The translations under genes and the position numbers were made by a program. 47,524 bases of DNA from NCBI GenBank assembly GCA_027340875.1, contig DAIENX010000015.1, positions 1 to 47,524 on the forward strand, in the 5' to 3' direction. This document shows, in pieces, positions 8,991-17,864 of the stretch. Every line of letters starts with the position of its first letter. Positions within the stretch are counted from its first letter, which is position 1. The notes beneath the pieces were generated by a model. It did not search any database and was not told where the DNA came from. It was given only the letters and a program-made list of their open reading frames with translations. The DNA comes from Elusimicrobiota bacterium. GTDB taxonomy: Bacteria > Elusimicrobiota > Elusimicrobia > Elusimicrobiales > UBA9959.

Positions 8991-9519
8991 TTTCCTTCAC
9001 CAGCCTGAGCCTCAGCGCCTCGCGCGCCCTCGAGATCCCCGACTTAACCGTGCCGAGGGGCTTTTCCGTTATCTCGGCTATCTCCTGGTAGGAGAGCCCC
9101 TCTACTTCGCGCAGTATCAATATGGCCCTGTCCTCCGGGTCCAGCTGCGCCATGGCCTTTTCCAGCGCGGCCTTCTCGTCCTGCTGTTCCATCGCCGCGT
9201 CCACCGGCGGCTCCGGGGACTTCACCTGCAGCGGCGGGTCGTCTCCGTCCCCGCCCCAGTCCAGTGAGAGCGTCTTCCAGATGGAGCGCCGCTTCTCGCC
9301 GCGCACGCGGTTCTTCCAGACGTTCATCGTGATGCGGTACAGCCAGTTGCCGGCCGCGCCGTCCTCGCGCAGGCCCGCCAGCCCCTTCACCGCCTTGAGG
9401 AAGGCGTCCTGGGCTATGTCCTGGGCGTCGCTCGGGTTGCCCGAGAGGCGCAGCGCCAGGTTGTAGACCATCGGCGAGAACCGTTCAAAGAGCTCTTCAG
9501 CGTCCGTAGCCGCCTCCAA
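8980..9519 (-). CDS. ECF sigma-70 factor
   Basis: Region 2 DAQDIAQDAFLK/WLYRITMN; region 4 LREVEGLSYQEIA...GTVKSGISRAR; TTG start. Confidence 0.9.
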   Translation of the reverse strand: MEAATDAEELFERFSPMVYNLALRLSGNPSDAQDIAQDAFLKAVKGLAGLREDGAAGNWLYRITMNVWKNRVRGEKRRSIWKTLSLDWGGDGDDPPLQVKSPEPPVDAAMEQQDEKAALEKAMAQLDPEDRAILILREVEGLSYQEIAEITEKPLGTVKSGISRAREALRLRLVKENGT

Positions 9520-9530
9520 TCGCCTCTTTG

Positions 9531-9560
9531 TAATGACACCGGCCGGTGGAAAAAGTTCCA
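9531..9560 (-). promoter_or_regulatory. ECF-type promoter of the sigma/anti-sigma operon
   Basis: Minus strand TGGAACTTTTTCCACCGGCCGGTGTCATTA; 23/30 identical to 9839-9868. Confidence 0.75.
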
Positions 9561-9667
9561 GGGTAGCAGTTCATTCTTATTATTCCCCGGTGAAAGTTTA
9601 GCAAAACCGGGAACCGGCTGGAACTTAGCCGTGATAAATGGCATATCGGTGGCTGTGGTACTGTCAT

Positions 9668-9804
9668 GCGCGGGCGCCGGCGGTTTTGGCGAGGAAGGCC
9701 CTCGCGCAGGGCGAGGCTTGCGTAGCGCGAGGGCCGAGCGGGAGCGCGGCCACGGTGTGGCCGATAGCGTGCCTGACTCGACAAAACTCCGGCAGGACCC
9801 GCGC
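9668..9804. repeat. Structured intergenic element B (related to element A)
   Basis: GCGCGGG...CCCGCGC terminal stem; hairpins 9697-9735 and 9748-9762. Confidence 0.55.
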
Positions 9805-9838
9805 CCCAGTGGGGGGATCTGCTCTGGGATTTTTAATT

Positions 9839-9868
9839 TGGAACTTTTTTCAGGAACCGGTGTCTATA
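9839..9868 (+). promoter_or_regulatory. ECF-type promoter of the VIT-vWA gene
   Basis: TGGAACTTTTTTCAGGAACCGGTGTCTATA (-35 GGAACT, -10 GTCTA). Confidence 0.75.
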
Positions 9869-9897
9869 GGGGGAAGGCGGTCAAGCAAGGAGGGTAT

Positions 9898-12369
9898 ATG
9901 AAGACCAAGACTATACTAAGGAAAGCGGCGGCGGCCCTGCTGCTGGCGCTGGCCCCCGCGGCCCAGGCTATGCAGGACCTGGGCGAGGGCTCTATGCAGG
10001 TGACTGGCGGGGAGCGCATACTCCCGCTCAAGCATACGGACGTCAAGGCGGAGATATCCGGCTTCGTGGCGGAGGTGCGGGTGACGCAGGTCTTCTCGAA
10101 CCCCTCCGACCAGCCCATAGAGGCGGTCTACGTCTTTCCTCTGCCTGAGAACGCCGCGGTCAACGAGATGACGCTGACCGTGGGCGACCGCCGCATAAAG
10201 GGACAGATAAAGAAGAAGGCCGAGGCGCGCGAGGTCTACGAGCGGGCGAAGGCCCAGGGCAAGACCGCGGCCCTGCTGGACCAGGAGCGGCCCAATATCT
10301 TCACGCAGTCGGTGGCCAATCTGCCCCCCGGCAAGGAGATAAAGGTGGAGCTGCGCTACATACAGGACCTGGGCTATGACAGCGGCATCTACAGGTTCGT
10401 CTTCCCGATGACCGTGGGCCCCCGCTACATTCCCGGCAGCGCGACCGGCAAGAGCGGCACCGGCTGGTCCCCCGATACGGACCAGGTTCCCGACGCCTCG
10501 CGCATCACGCCGCCGGTAGTCAGGCCCGGCCAGCGCTCCGGGCGCGACATCTCGGTGGAGGTGAAGCTGAACGCGGGCCTCGCCGTGAAGAAACTGCGCA
10601 GCAGCTCGCATGAGACGGAGATCAAGGACCTGGGCGGAAATTCGTACCTGGTCTCGCTGGACGAGGAGGACCGCATCCCCAACAAGGACTTCATCCTCAC
10701 CTACGAGCCCGCGGTCAACATGGTGGGCGCCTCGGTGCTGGCGCACAAGGACGGGAAGGAGGGCTACCTGACGCTGATGGTGCAGCCGGACGCGAAGTTC
10801 CCGATGTCGCAGGTGACCCCGAAAGAGCTGGTGTTCGCTATCGACGTGTCCGGCTCGATGATGGGCAAGCCGGTGGAGCAGGCCAAAGCGGCCGCGCTCA
10901 AATGCCTGGAAGGGATGAACCCCGGCGATACCTTCCAGATACTCAGCTTCGCCTCCGGCAATATACTGCACTTCGAGAGGCCTCTTAAGAACACGCCCGA
11001 GAACGTGCTGCTGGGACGCCGCGTGATAGAGGGCCTTTCCGGCGGCGGCGGCACCGAGATGCTGGACGCTCTGCGCAAAGTGCTGGAGTTCCCCAAGGAC
11101 CCGGAGCGCCTGCGCATAGTGATGTTCATGACGGACGGCTATATCGGCAACGACGACCAAATACTCGGCTTCGTCAGGGACCACCTGAACAACAGCCGCA
11201 TCTTCCCTCTCGGGGTGGGTTCCTCGGTGAACCGCCACCTGATGGAAGAGCTGGCGGTACTGGGCAGGGGCACGGTGCAGTATGTCAGGCAGAACGAGAG
11301 CCAGGCCAGCCTGGAGAAGATAATCAACAGGTTCTACGACCGCATCTCGAAGCCCCTGCTGACCGACCTGTCGGTGGACTGGAACGGCCTGGAGGTGACG
11401 GACGCGGAGGCATCGGTGATGCCGGACCTGTTCGCGGGCCAGCCGGTGTTCATACACGCGAAGTACGCCAAGGCGGGCTCCGCGACGGTGGCCCTGAAGG
11501 GCAAGCTGCGCGGCAACCCGTGGAAGATGAGCGTGAGGGTGGACCTGCCGGAGAAGGAGACCGGCAATGCCGCGATGGCGCCGCTGTGGGCCCGGGCGCG
11601 CATATCCGCCCTGAGCCGGCAGCTCTACGGCCGCGACGGCGACGACGCGAAGGAAAAGATAACGATGCTGGGCCTGGAGTATTCGCTGGTGACGGATTAT
11701 ACCTCCTTCGTGGCGGTGGACGAGAGCACTACTACCGGCAACGGCAAGCCGCTGCTGGTGCCCGTCGAGAGCGAGCTGCCGGAAGGCACGCAATACGAGG
11801 GATACTTCGGCAACGCGGCTCCCAGGACGGCAATGGGCGGCGTGGTGGCGGCGATGCGCGGCATGCTCAGCTTCGACAAGGCCTCATACATGACGTCCAG
11901 CGGCTTCGCCAGCATGGCGGGGGAGGCCTATTTGCCCGTGCCCGAGGAAAAAAAAGAGGCGGCGGCGAAACGTAAGCAGGCTATCGGCCATGCCGGCGGC
12001 AAGTCTGCTGAAAGTACAGCTGCCAGGCTGGCCCTGGAACTGATGACCACTCCTTCCAGAGCGCTGGCAAGGAAGCTGGTCTCGCTGCAGGCCGGAGACG
12101 GTACCTTCCTTGGGGACGACAACAAGACCGTGCCGCTGCACGAGCAGGCGCTGGCCGTGCTGGCGCTGGCGAAAGCCCGCGGCCTTTACGGCGAGGAGAT
12201 GGAGGGGGCGCTGCAGTCCGCCTGGGGCGTGCTGAGAGACTCTTCCCCGGCCGGCATCGGGGCGGAAAAGGCCTTGAGGGACGCTCTGAAGGGCGGGCCG
12301 TACTTCAACAGGTCCGCGGTTAAAACGGAGCTTTCGGCTCTGGCGGGGGAGCTGGCGAAGCTGAAATAG
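9898..12369 (+). CDS. Exported VIT-vWA (inter-alpha-trypsin inhibitor-like) protein
   Basis: SD GGAGGG then ATG 9898; signal peptide; VIT LPLKHTDV...EAVYVFPLP; MIDAS DVSGS, GGTE, MTDG; LVTDYTSFVAVD; C-terminal LQAGDGTF helical region. Confidence 0.9.
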   Translation: MKTKTILRKAAAALLLALAPAAQAMQDLGEGSMQVTGGERILPLKHTDVKAEISGFVAEVRVTQVFSNPSDQPIEAVYVFPLPENAAVNEMTLTVGDRRIKGQIKKKAEAREVYERAKAQGKTAALLDQERPNIFTQSVANLPPGKEIKVELRYIQDLGYDSGIYRFVFPMTVGPRYIPGSATGKSGTGWSPDTDQVPDASRITPPVVRPGQRSGRDISVEVKLNAGLAVKKLRSSSHETEIKDLGGNSYLVSLDEEDRIPNKDFILTYEPAVNMVGASVLAHKDGKEGYLTLMVQPDAKFPMSQVTPKELVFAIDVSGSMMGKPVEQAKAAALKCLEGMNPGDTFQILSFASGNILHFERPLKNTPENVLLGRRVIEGLSGGGGTEMLDALRKVLEFPKDPERLRIVMFMTDGYIGNDDQILGFVRDHLNNSRIFPLGVGSSVNRHLMEELAVLGRGTVQYVRQNESQASLEKIINRFYDRISKPLLTDLSVDWNGLEVTDAEASVMPDLFAGQPVFIHAKYAKAGSATVALKGKLRGNPWKMSVRVDLPEKETGNAAMAPLWARARISALSRQLYGRDGDDAKEKITMLGLEYSLVTDYTSFVAVDESTTTGNGKPLLVPVESELPEGTQYEGYFGNAAPRTAMGGVVAAMRGMLSFDKASYMTSSGFASMAGEAYLPVPEEKKEAAAKRKQAIGHAGGKSAESTAARLALELMTTPSRALARKLVSLQAGDGTFLGDDNKTVPLHEQALAVLALAKARGLYGEEMEGALQSAWGVLRDSSPAGIGAEKALRDALKGGPYFNRSAVKTELSALAGELAKLK

Positions 12370-12385
12370 TTCGGGCTCAAGAAGG

Positions 12386-12415
12386 GAGGCCGCCTTCGGG
12401 CGGCCTCTTTCTTTT
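12386..12415 (+). terminator. Intrinsic terminator
   Basis: GAGGCCGCC-TTCG-GGCGGCCTC followed by TTTCTTTT. Confidence 0.85.
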
Positions 12416-12481
12416 GGGCCGAAAAACAGTTCCGGCTTGGGACTTTGGACCCCTGTGCCGTTGTGTCCGAAGAAATAGAAT
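12416..12481 (+). promoter_or_regulatory. Paired 14-bp palindromic sites plus -10 box
   Basis: GGGCCGAAAAACAG (12416), GGGACTTTGGACCC (12439), TAGAAT (12476). Confidence 0.6.
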
Positions 12482-12487
12482 ATAAGC

Positions 12488-13291
12488 GTGAAGATATCGC
12501 TCCGCCGCTTTACCTGGCTGCTGCTCGGCCTTTCTCTTTTTCCGTATCACGCGTCCGCTTCCGGCTTCGCCCTGGAAGGGTTGAGCGCCGCTTCCCTGCC
12601 GGCGTCGGAATTGCGTGTCCCTGCGCCCGCGCCCGCCGCGGCGGCCGCGCCGCTGCGCGCCTACGATTTCCGCGCTCTCTACGGCAAGCTGGGCTACCCG
12701 TCCCCGGACTACTTCGGCTCCAGCGCCGAGGCGGTGGAGGACATAGAGACCTACACCAGCAAGGACGATTCCTTCTACGGCGAGATCAACGGCTACCTGC
12801 GCTACTATCCCGGAGAGTACGAGTGGTACGGCACCGGCCCGGAGGAGGCGAAGAAGATAGTGGCGCGCATCGATACCGTGTTCGCCAGGGTGCCTGACCT
12901 GCCGCGCGACGCGGTGCTGTTCCGCGGCCTGCGTCTGGGCTGGCACGGCAATAAGCCCCTCGCCGAAGGCGAGGAGTACGTCGACAAAGGCTATGTCTCA
13001 ACCTCTTTCAGCCTCAAGGTGGCCGAGCACTTCGCTCTGGAGATGGGCGATGAAGAGGACGCCGGAGCGCGCAAAGCCGTACTGGCGATCTATTCGGCCC
13101 GCGCGGAGAAGGGCATACTGGTGGACCAGGGCGAGGACGAAGCCATACTGCCGCACGGGCGGCGCTTCCGCGTGATGGCCTCCCGTCCCGGCCCCGGCTA
13201 CGACCTTTACCTGGTGCAGCTCTGCCCGGCCGCCTGCCTTAAGGCGGCAAGCCCCGAGGCAGCGGCCTTCTGGGAAAGCTTCCGTCCCTGA
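12488..13291 (+). CDS. Exported ADP-ribosyltransferase, R-S-E (C2/C3/VIP2-like) class
   Basis: Signal peptide; YGEINGYLR; LFRG; GYVSTSFS; GEDEAIL (ExE). Confidence 0.8.
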   Translation: MKISLRRFTWLLLGLSLFPYHASASGFALEGLSAASLPASELRVPAPAPAAAAAPLRAYDFRALYGKLGYPSPDYFGSSAEAVEDIETYTSKDDSFYGEINGYLRYYPGEYEWYGTGPEEAKKIVARIDTVFARVPDLPRDAVLFRGLRLGWHGNKPLAEGEEYVDKGYVSTSFSLKVAEHFALEMGDEEDAGARKAVLAIYSARAEKGILVDQGEDEAILPHGRRFRVMASRPGPGYDLYLVQLCPAACLKAASPEAAAFWESFRP

Positions 13292-13334
13292 CGCCGGCTT
13301 TTTCCTTCCGGCCGCAAAATGTTAGATTAAGACC

Positions 13335-14399
13335 ATGTCCACCGGCGATGAGAAGAAGCCGGGCGAGGTCAGCGGCGCGCGGCGCCTGTTCGACCTTGTC
13401 CTGCTCGTCACGGTCCTGAGCACGACCATCTGGTTGCTGCTGACCCGCGGGCCGCAACTGCTTTCCGCGGCCAGACTGGTGAGGTCCGGCATGTTACCGT
13501 GCAGCTCCCCGATCACCTATTCCATAGGCAGCATAGACCAGCGTTTCGGACTGGACCCCCGGGAGCTCGGGTCCGCCCTGGCCGAGGCGGCCGGCGTCTG
13601 GAACAAGGCCGCCGGGCGGGAGGTTTTCAAAGGCCTGCCTTCCGGAGGCGGTCTGGCCGTGAACATGGTCTATGACCGCAGGCAGGAGGCCCTGGACAAG
13701 CTGAGGGGCATGGGCCTCAAGACCGACCGCAGCCTGGCCGCCTACAAGTCGCTCAAGGACGCCTATGACTCGCTCTCGGCCGGCCTGGATTCGCGCCAGG
13801 CCGCGCTGGAAGCGAGGCTGGACGAGTACCGCCGCGGCGAGGCCTCCTACAACGATACCGTGGCGGGTTATAACCGCCGCGGCTTCGCCAGCCCGCAGCA
13901 GAAGCGCAGCCTGGACTCGGCCAGGGCGTCGCTGGAGAGCGATTTCTCCATGATAAAGCTGGAGGAGGGTGCGGTGAACTCCGTGATAGACACGCTCAAC
14001 GCGATGGCCACCACGCTGAACCAGCTGATAGTCGAGCTGAACCTGGACGTGGAGCAGTATAACCGCGAGGGCTCGGCCATGGGCGTTTACGAGGAGGGGC
14101 ACTACAGGGTGGATAAGGCCCTGCCAGCGATAGATATCTACAAATATTCGGACCATGACCAGCTGGTGCGTCTTCTGGCGCACGAGATGGGGCACGCTCT
14201 GGGGCTGGAGCACGTGCCCGGCAGGGAATCCCTGATGTCCCCTGTGAACTCGGGGACCGGCCTGCTCCTCCGCCCCGAGGACATGGCCGAGCTGCATCGG
14301 GCCTGCACGTCCCCGCTGTTCCGCCCCAAGCGCCAGGCCTCTCCGCCGCAGGCCCCGTCGCGGCCGGCGCCTGCCGCCGGAACGGAGCGCCAGGCATGA
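13335..14399 (+). CDS. Membrane-anchored matrixin (M10-like) metalloprotease with coiled-coil insertion
   Basis: N-terminal TM; YSIGSIDQRFG; HEMGHALGLEH; Met-turn SLM. Confidence 0.85.
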   Translation: MSTGDEKKPGEVSGARRLFDLVLLVTVLSTTIWLLLTRGPQLLSAARLVRSGMLPCSSPITYSIGSIDQRFGLDPRELGSALAEAAGVWNKAAGREVFKGLPSGGGLAVNMVYDRRQEALDKLRGMGLKTDRSLAAYKSLKDAYDSLSAGLDSRQAALEARLDEYRRGEASYNDTVAGYNRRGFASPQQKRSLDSARASLESDFSMIKLEEGAVNSVIDTLNAMATTLNQLIVELNLDVEQYNREGSAMGVYEEGHYRVDKALPAIDIYKYSDHDQLVRLLAHEMGHALGLEHVPGRESLMSPVNSGTGLLLRPEDMAELHRACTSPLFRPKRQASPPQAPSRPAPAAGTERQA

Positions 14400-14860
14400 G
14401 CGCCGGCGCTCACTCCCGCTTCGTCCGCGGGATAATACTCTACAAGGCCGTAAAGGGCTTTTCGGAGCTCCTCTTCGCGGGCATGCTCGGCTATCTGTTC
14501 TGGTACGGCGCGGGCCCGTGGCTGGCCGGCACGTTGAAAGCCCTGCGCGACCACCTCGTCGGGGCCGGCAGCCTGCGGCTGGCCGACCTGCTCCTGGCTG
14601 ACGGCCTGCACCGGCACGCCAGCATGCTCTTCTGGGCCCTGCTGGCGGACGGCTCGTTCAACCTAGCCGAGGGCTGGTGCCTGCTGCGCCGCTATTCCTG
14701 GGGGGAATGGTTCGTGGCCCTCTCGTCGGGCATTTTCCTGCCGTTCGAGGTGCTCGCGCTGCTGAAGGGCGTGTACGCAGGGCGCGTCATAGTGACGCTG
14801 CTGAATCTGGCCATAATAGCCGGGCTGGTCTGGCGTATCCGCGCCAGGTCTAGGGCATGA
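14396..14860 (+). CDS. DUF2127-like membrane protein
   Basis: YKAVKG, EGWCL..RYSWGEW and FLPFEV motifs; 4 TM segments. Confidence 0.75.
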   Translation: MSAGAHSRFVRGIILYKAVKGFSELLFAGMLGYLFWYGAGPWLAGTLKALRDHLVGAGSLRLADLLLADGLHRHASMLFWALLADGSFNLAEGWCLLRRYSWGEWFVALSSGIFLPFEVLALLKGVYAGRVIVTLLNLAIIAGLVWRIRARSRA

Positions 14861-15983
14861 CGATCAGCTCCACCGTGAAGGTGGTGCCCTGCGCCCCGGT
14901 AGTGAAGGAGACCTTCCCCTTCAGATACTTCTCGGTCAGCAGCCTTATGCTGTAGGTCCCCAGGCCGCGGCCGGCGCCCTTGGTGGAGAAGGACTTCTGG
15001 AACACCTGATAGCGCGTGTCGTCGGGCATGCGCCCGGGGTTGTGCACCGAGAACAGCACGCCCGCGCCGGTCCGTCGGCAGGCCAGCGTTATGATCGCGC
15101 CCGGTTTCTCCGCCTCGAGCGCGTTCTTAAGCATGTTGACCAGCACCCGCAGCAGCAGCGTCTTGTCCGTGGAGAAGCTTACGTCCTCGCTGGCCGGGTC
15201 CACCGCCACCTTCTTCCTGCGCTGTGCCTCGTGCCCGGCGAACAGCATGGCCACGCCCCCCAGGAACTCGCGCGAGGAGATTACGGAGTTGTGCGGCGCC
15301 AGCGTGCCTTTCTCCGCGGCCAGCAGGTCCTTCTGCGACAGTATCTGCTCTATCAGCTTGTCCGAGGCGTCTGAGGCGGAATGCATGTATCTGTCCGTCC
15401 TGGCGGGGTCTACCGGGTCTATAAGGTTTATCAGTCCCTTCACGGCTCCGGCGGTGTTCAGGATGTCGTGGAAGAAGACGCGCTCCAGCGCCTCGTGGAG
15501 CTTCTCGGCGCTGATGTCGGCCAGCGACATCAGCAGCAGTCTCTCGCGCTTGAATTCGAAAGGCTTGACGCAGACGCGCAGGTTCAGGTCCTCCCCGGCC
15601 TTTCGCGACATTATCCGGCATTCCATGACCGAGGTCCCGTCATCCAGGGCTTTGGCGATGGCCTGGCCGGCCCCGCAGCGCAGGCAGGCCTCGGTGGTGC
15701 CGCAGCCGTTAGGCGGCTCGGCCGCGTGAGTGCAGTCGGCGAGCCCGCCTGGCCGCTGGCCGAACAGCCTGGTTATGTCGTTCACGGCCAGGAAGTCGCG
15801 GAAAGACTTATTGGCGTAGATGGTCTGCCTCTGCCGGTTCAGTATCAGTACGAAATCCACTATACCGTCCAGCACGTCCGGCAGCGGCGAGTTCCCGATA
15901 AGCTCCTGCTGGCGCCTGACCGCGGCCGCCGTGGCCCGTTCCGCAGGCAGAAAGTAAGTGAACGCCGGTGTATTGTTCCCCAT
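14850..15983 (-). CDS. PAS-like sensor histidine kinase with Cys-rich motif
   Basis: GQRPG...C...GCGTTEACLRCG; FFHDILN; NMLKNALEA; FSTKGAGRGLG. Confidence 0.9.
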   Translation of the reverse strand: MGNNTPAFTYFLPAERATAAAVRRQQELIGNSPLPDVLDGIVDFVLILNRQRQTIYANKSFRDFLAVNDITRLFGQRPGGLADCTHAAEPPNGCGTTEACLRCGAGQAIAKALDDGTSVMECRIMSRKAGEDLNLRVCVKPFEFKRERLLLMSLADISAEKLHEALERVFFHDILNTAGAVKGLINLIDPVDPARTDRYMHSASDASDKLIEQILSQKDLLAAEKGTLAPHNSVISSREFLGGVAMLFAGHEAQRRKKVAVDPASEDVSFSTDKTLLLRVLVNMLKNALEAEKPGAIITLACRRTGAGVLFSVHNPGRMPDDTRYQVFQKSFSTKGAGRGLGTYSIRLLTEKYLKGKVSFTTGAQGTTFTVELIVMP

Positions 15984-16152
15984 TGTGCCCCCCTATCCAT
16001 TACCGGAAAGGAGGCGGCGGCGTAAGCCGCGCCAGCCCCCCGGATAACCCTTCGCTCATTATATTAATCCGCGCCGCGCGCCCGCAACCGCGCCGTACCG
16101 CGGTGCGGCGGCGGTTTATCCTGACGACCGCGTTAAAAGGTAGAATCTAGAC

Positions 16153-17313
16153 GTGGAGCTGTCAGGCGACCAGAAGGAAGCGCTGGCCGGGCTGCTGGAG
16201 TGGTACAGGGCCCCGGCGCGCTCCCGCTTTATCACGCTGGGCGGCTACGCCGGGACCGGCAAGACCACGCTGATAGCCGTGCTCAGGAACGAACTGGCCA
16301 AGCTCAACAAGGCAGCGCGGGTCTCGTTCTGCAGCTATACCGGCAAGGCCGCGCAGAACCTTAAGAACAAGCTGAAGGAGAGCGGCGCGCTTTTCGTCCG
16401 GGATTCCGTCAGCACCATACACGGCCTGATCTACACCCCGCGCGAGAACGAGGAAGGCCGGATAACGGGCTGGGACCGCAAGGAGGAGCTGGAGCGGGAC
16501 CTCGTCATAGTGGACGAAGCCTCGATGGTGGACGGGCTCATCTGGCAGGACCTGCTTTCCTATAACATCCCTATAATAGCTGTCGGCGACCACGGCCAGC
16601 TGCCGCCGATAGCCGGCGTCTTCAACCTGATGCAGCGGCCGCAGCTGCTGCTTACCGAGATACACCGGCAGGCGGCGGGCAACCCGATCATCGAGGTGTC
16701 GCGGCACGCGCGCACCACCGGCCTGGTGCCGCCGGAGCGCTACGGCCCGGGCGTGGTGAAGTACCTGAAGGAGGACTGCGACGCTCAGGAGCGTTCAGGG
16801 GAGCTGCTCGAGTCCTGGAGCCCGGAGACCCTGATCCTCTGCGGCTACAACACCACCCGCAACAGGATAAACCAGTTCATCCGCGCCAACCGCGGCTTCG
16901 AGACGCCGGAGCCATCCTCCGGAGACCGCGTCATCTGCCTGCGCAACAACCATAAGAAGGCCGTCTACAACGGCATGCTGGGCACTATAACCCATATAGC
17001 GAAGTACCGCTCGGACTGGTACCAGGCCGAGATACAGCTCGACGACCGCGAGAAGCCGTACGAGGGGCTTATCTACGGGCCGCAGTTCGGGGCGAAGACC
17101 GGCGTCAATTTCACGAAGGACAGGCAGCTAGCGATGACGGGGGACCTGTTCGACTTCGGCTACGCGCTGACGGTGCACAAGGCGCAGGGCGGCCAGGCCC
17201 GGCGCGTGGTGATGTTCGAGGAGCGCTTCCCGAAGATGGACGACGATATGTGGCGCCGCTGGCTCTATACCGGCGTCACGCGCGCGGAAGAGGAACTGTA
17301 TCTGTTCGGTTGA
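16153..17313 (+). CDS. RecD/Dda-like SF1B DNA helicase
   Basis: GYAGTGKT, STIH, VDEASMV, GDHGQLPP, EIHRQ, YALTVHKAQG, YTGVTRA. Confidence 0.9.
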   Translation: MELSGDQKEALAGLLEWYRAPARSRFITLGGYAGTGKTTLIAVLRNELAKLNKAARVSFCSYTGKAAQNLKNKLKESGALFVRDSVSTIHGLIYTPRENEEGRITGWDRKEELERDLVIVDEASMVDGLIWQDLLSYNIPIIAVGDHGQLPPIAGVFNLMQRPQLLLTEIHRQAAGNPIIEVSRHARTTGLVPPERYGPGVVKYLKEDCDAQERSGELLESWSPETLILCGYNTTRNRINQFIRANRGFETPEPSSGDRVICLRNNHKKAVYNGMLGTITHIAKYRSDWYQAEIQLDDREKPYEGLIYGPQFGAKTGVNFTKDRQLAMTGDLFDFGYALTVHKAQGGQARRVVMFEERFPKMDDDMWRRWLYTGVTRAEEELYLFG

Positions 17314-17330
17314 TGATGCCGGAGGACTTC

Positions 17331-17864
17331 ATGAGGACGCTTATCATCTTTTCTCTGTGCGGCTGGCTGGCCGGGGCGGCTCCGGCGGCTGAAACCAAGC
17401 AGGCGGAACCCGGCGTCGGACAAAAGGCCCCGGAATTCAGGGCGGTCACGCTCGACGGCCGGAAGATCGACCTGGCGCAGCTCAAGGGCAAGGTGCTGCT
17501 TATAAATTTCTTCGCCACCTGGTGCCCGCCCTGCATGGCCGAGATGCCGCGTCTGGAGGAAGAGATCTGGCAGCGCTACAAGGCCGATAAGCGCTTCGTG
17601 CTGCTGGCGGTGGGCCGGGAGCACGGCGCGGCCGAGCTGAAGAAGTTCCTGGGCGAAAAGCGCTTCACGCTGCCTCTGGTCCCGGACCCGAAGCGCGGGA
17701 TCTACTCCAAGTTCGCCGCGTCCGGTATACCGCGCAACTACCTGATAGACGGCAGCGGCCGCATAGTGTTCAAGTCCATGGGCTACGAAAAGAGCGATTT
17801 CGACTCCCTTAAGGCGGCAATAAAGAAGGCCCTGAAAGCGCCGAAGGCACATGTGGGGAATTGA
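17331..17864 (+). CDS. TlpA/ResA-like thiol-disulfide oxidoreductase
   Basis: SD GGAGGA then ATG 17331; signal peptide; FFATWCPPC; cis-Pro IP. Confidence 0.9.
   Translation: MRTLIIFSLCGWLAGAAPAAETKQAEPGVGQKAPEFRAVTLDGRKIDLAQLKGKVLLINFFATWCPPCMAEMPRLEEEIWQRYKADKRFVLLAVGREHGAAELKKFLGEKRFTLPLVPDPKRGIYSKFAASGIPRNYLIDGSGRIVFKSMGYEKSDFDSLKAAIKKALKAPKAHVGN

Noticed and set aside
9631..9897. N-terminal extension of the VIT-vWA ORF from GTG 9631
   Set aside because: It runs through structured element B and the ECF promoter; the SD and signal peptide point to ATG 9898
9898..13291. VIT-vWA next to an ADP-ribosyltransferase as a bacterial counterpart of PARP4 (vault PARP)
   Set aside because: The ART is R-S-E class rather than H-Y-E PARP, and a strong terminator plus a separate promoter divide the genes; adjacency alone is insufficient
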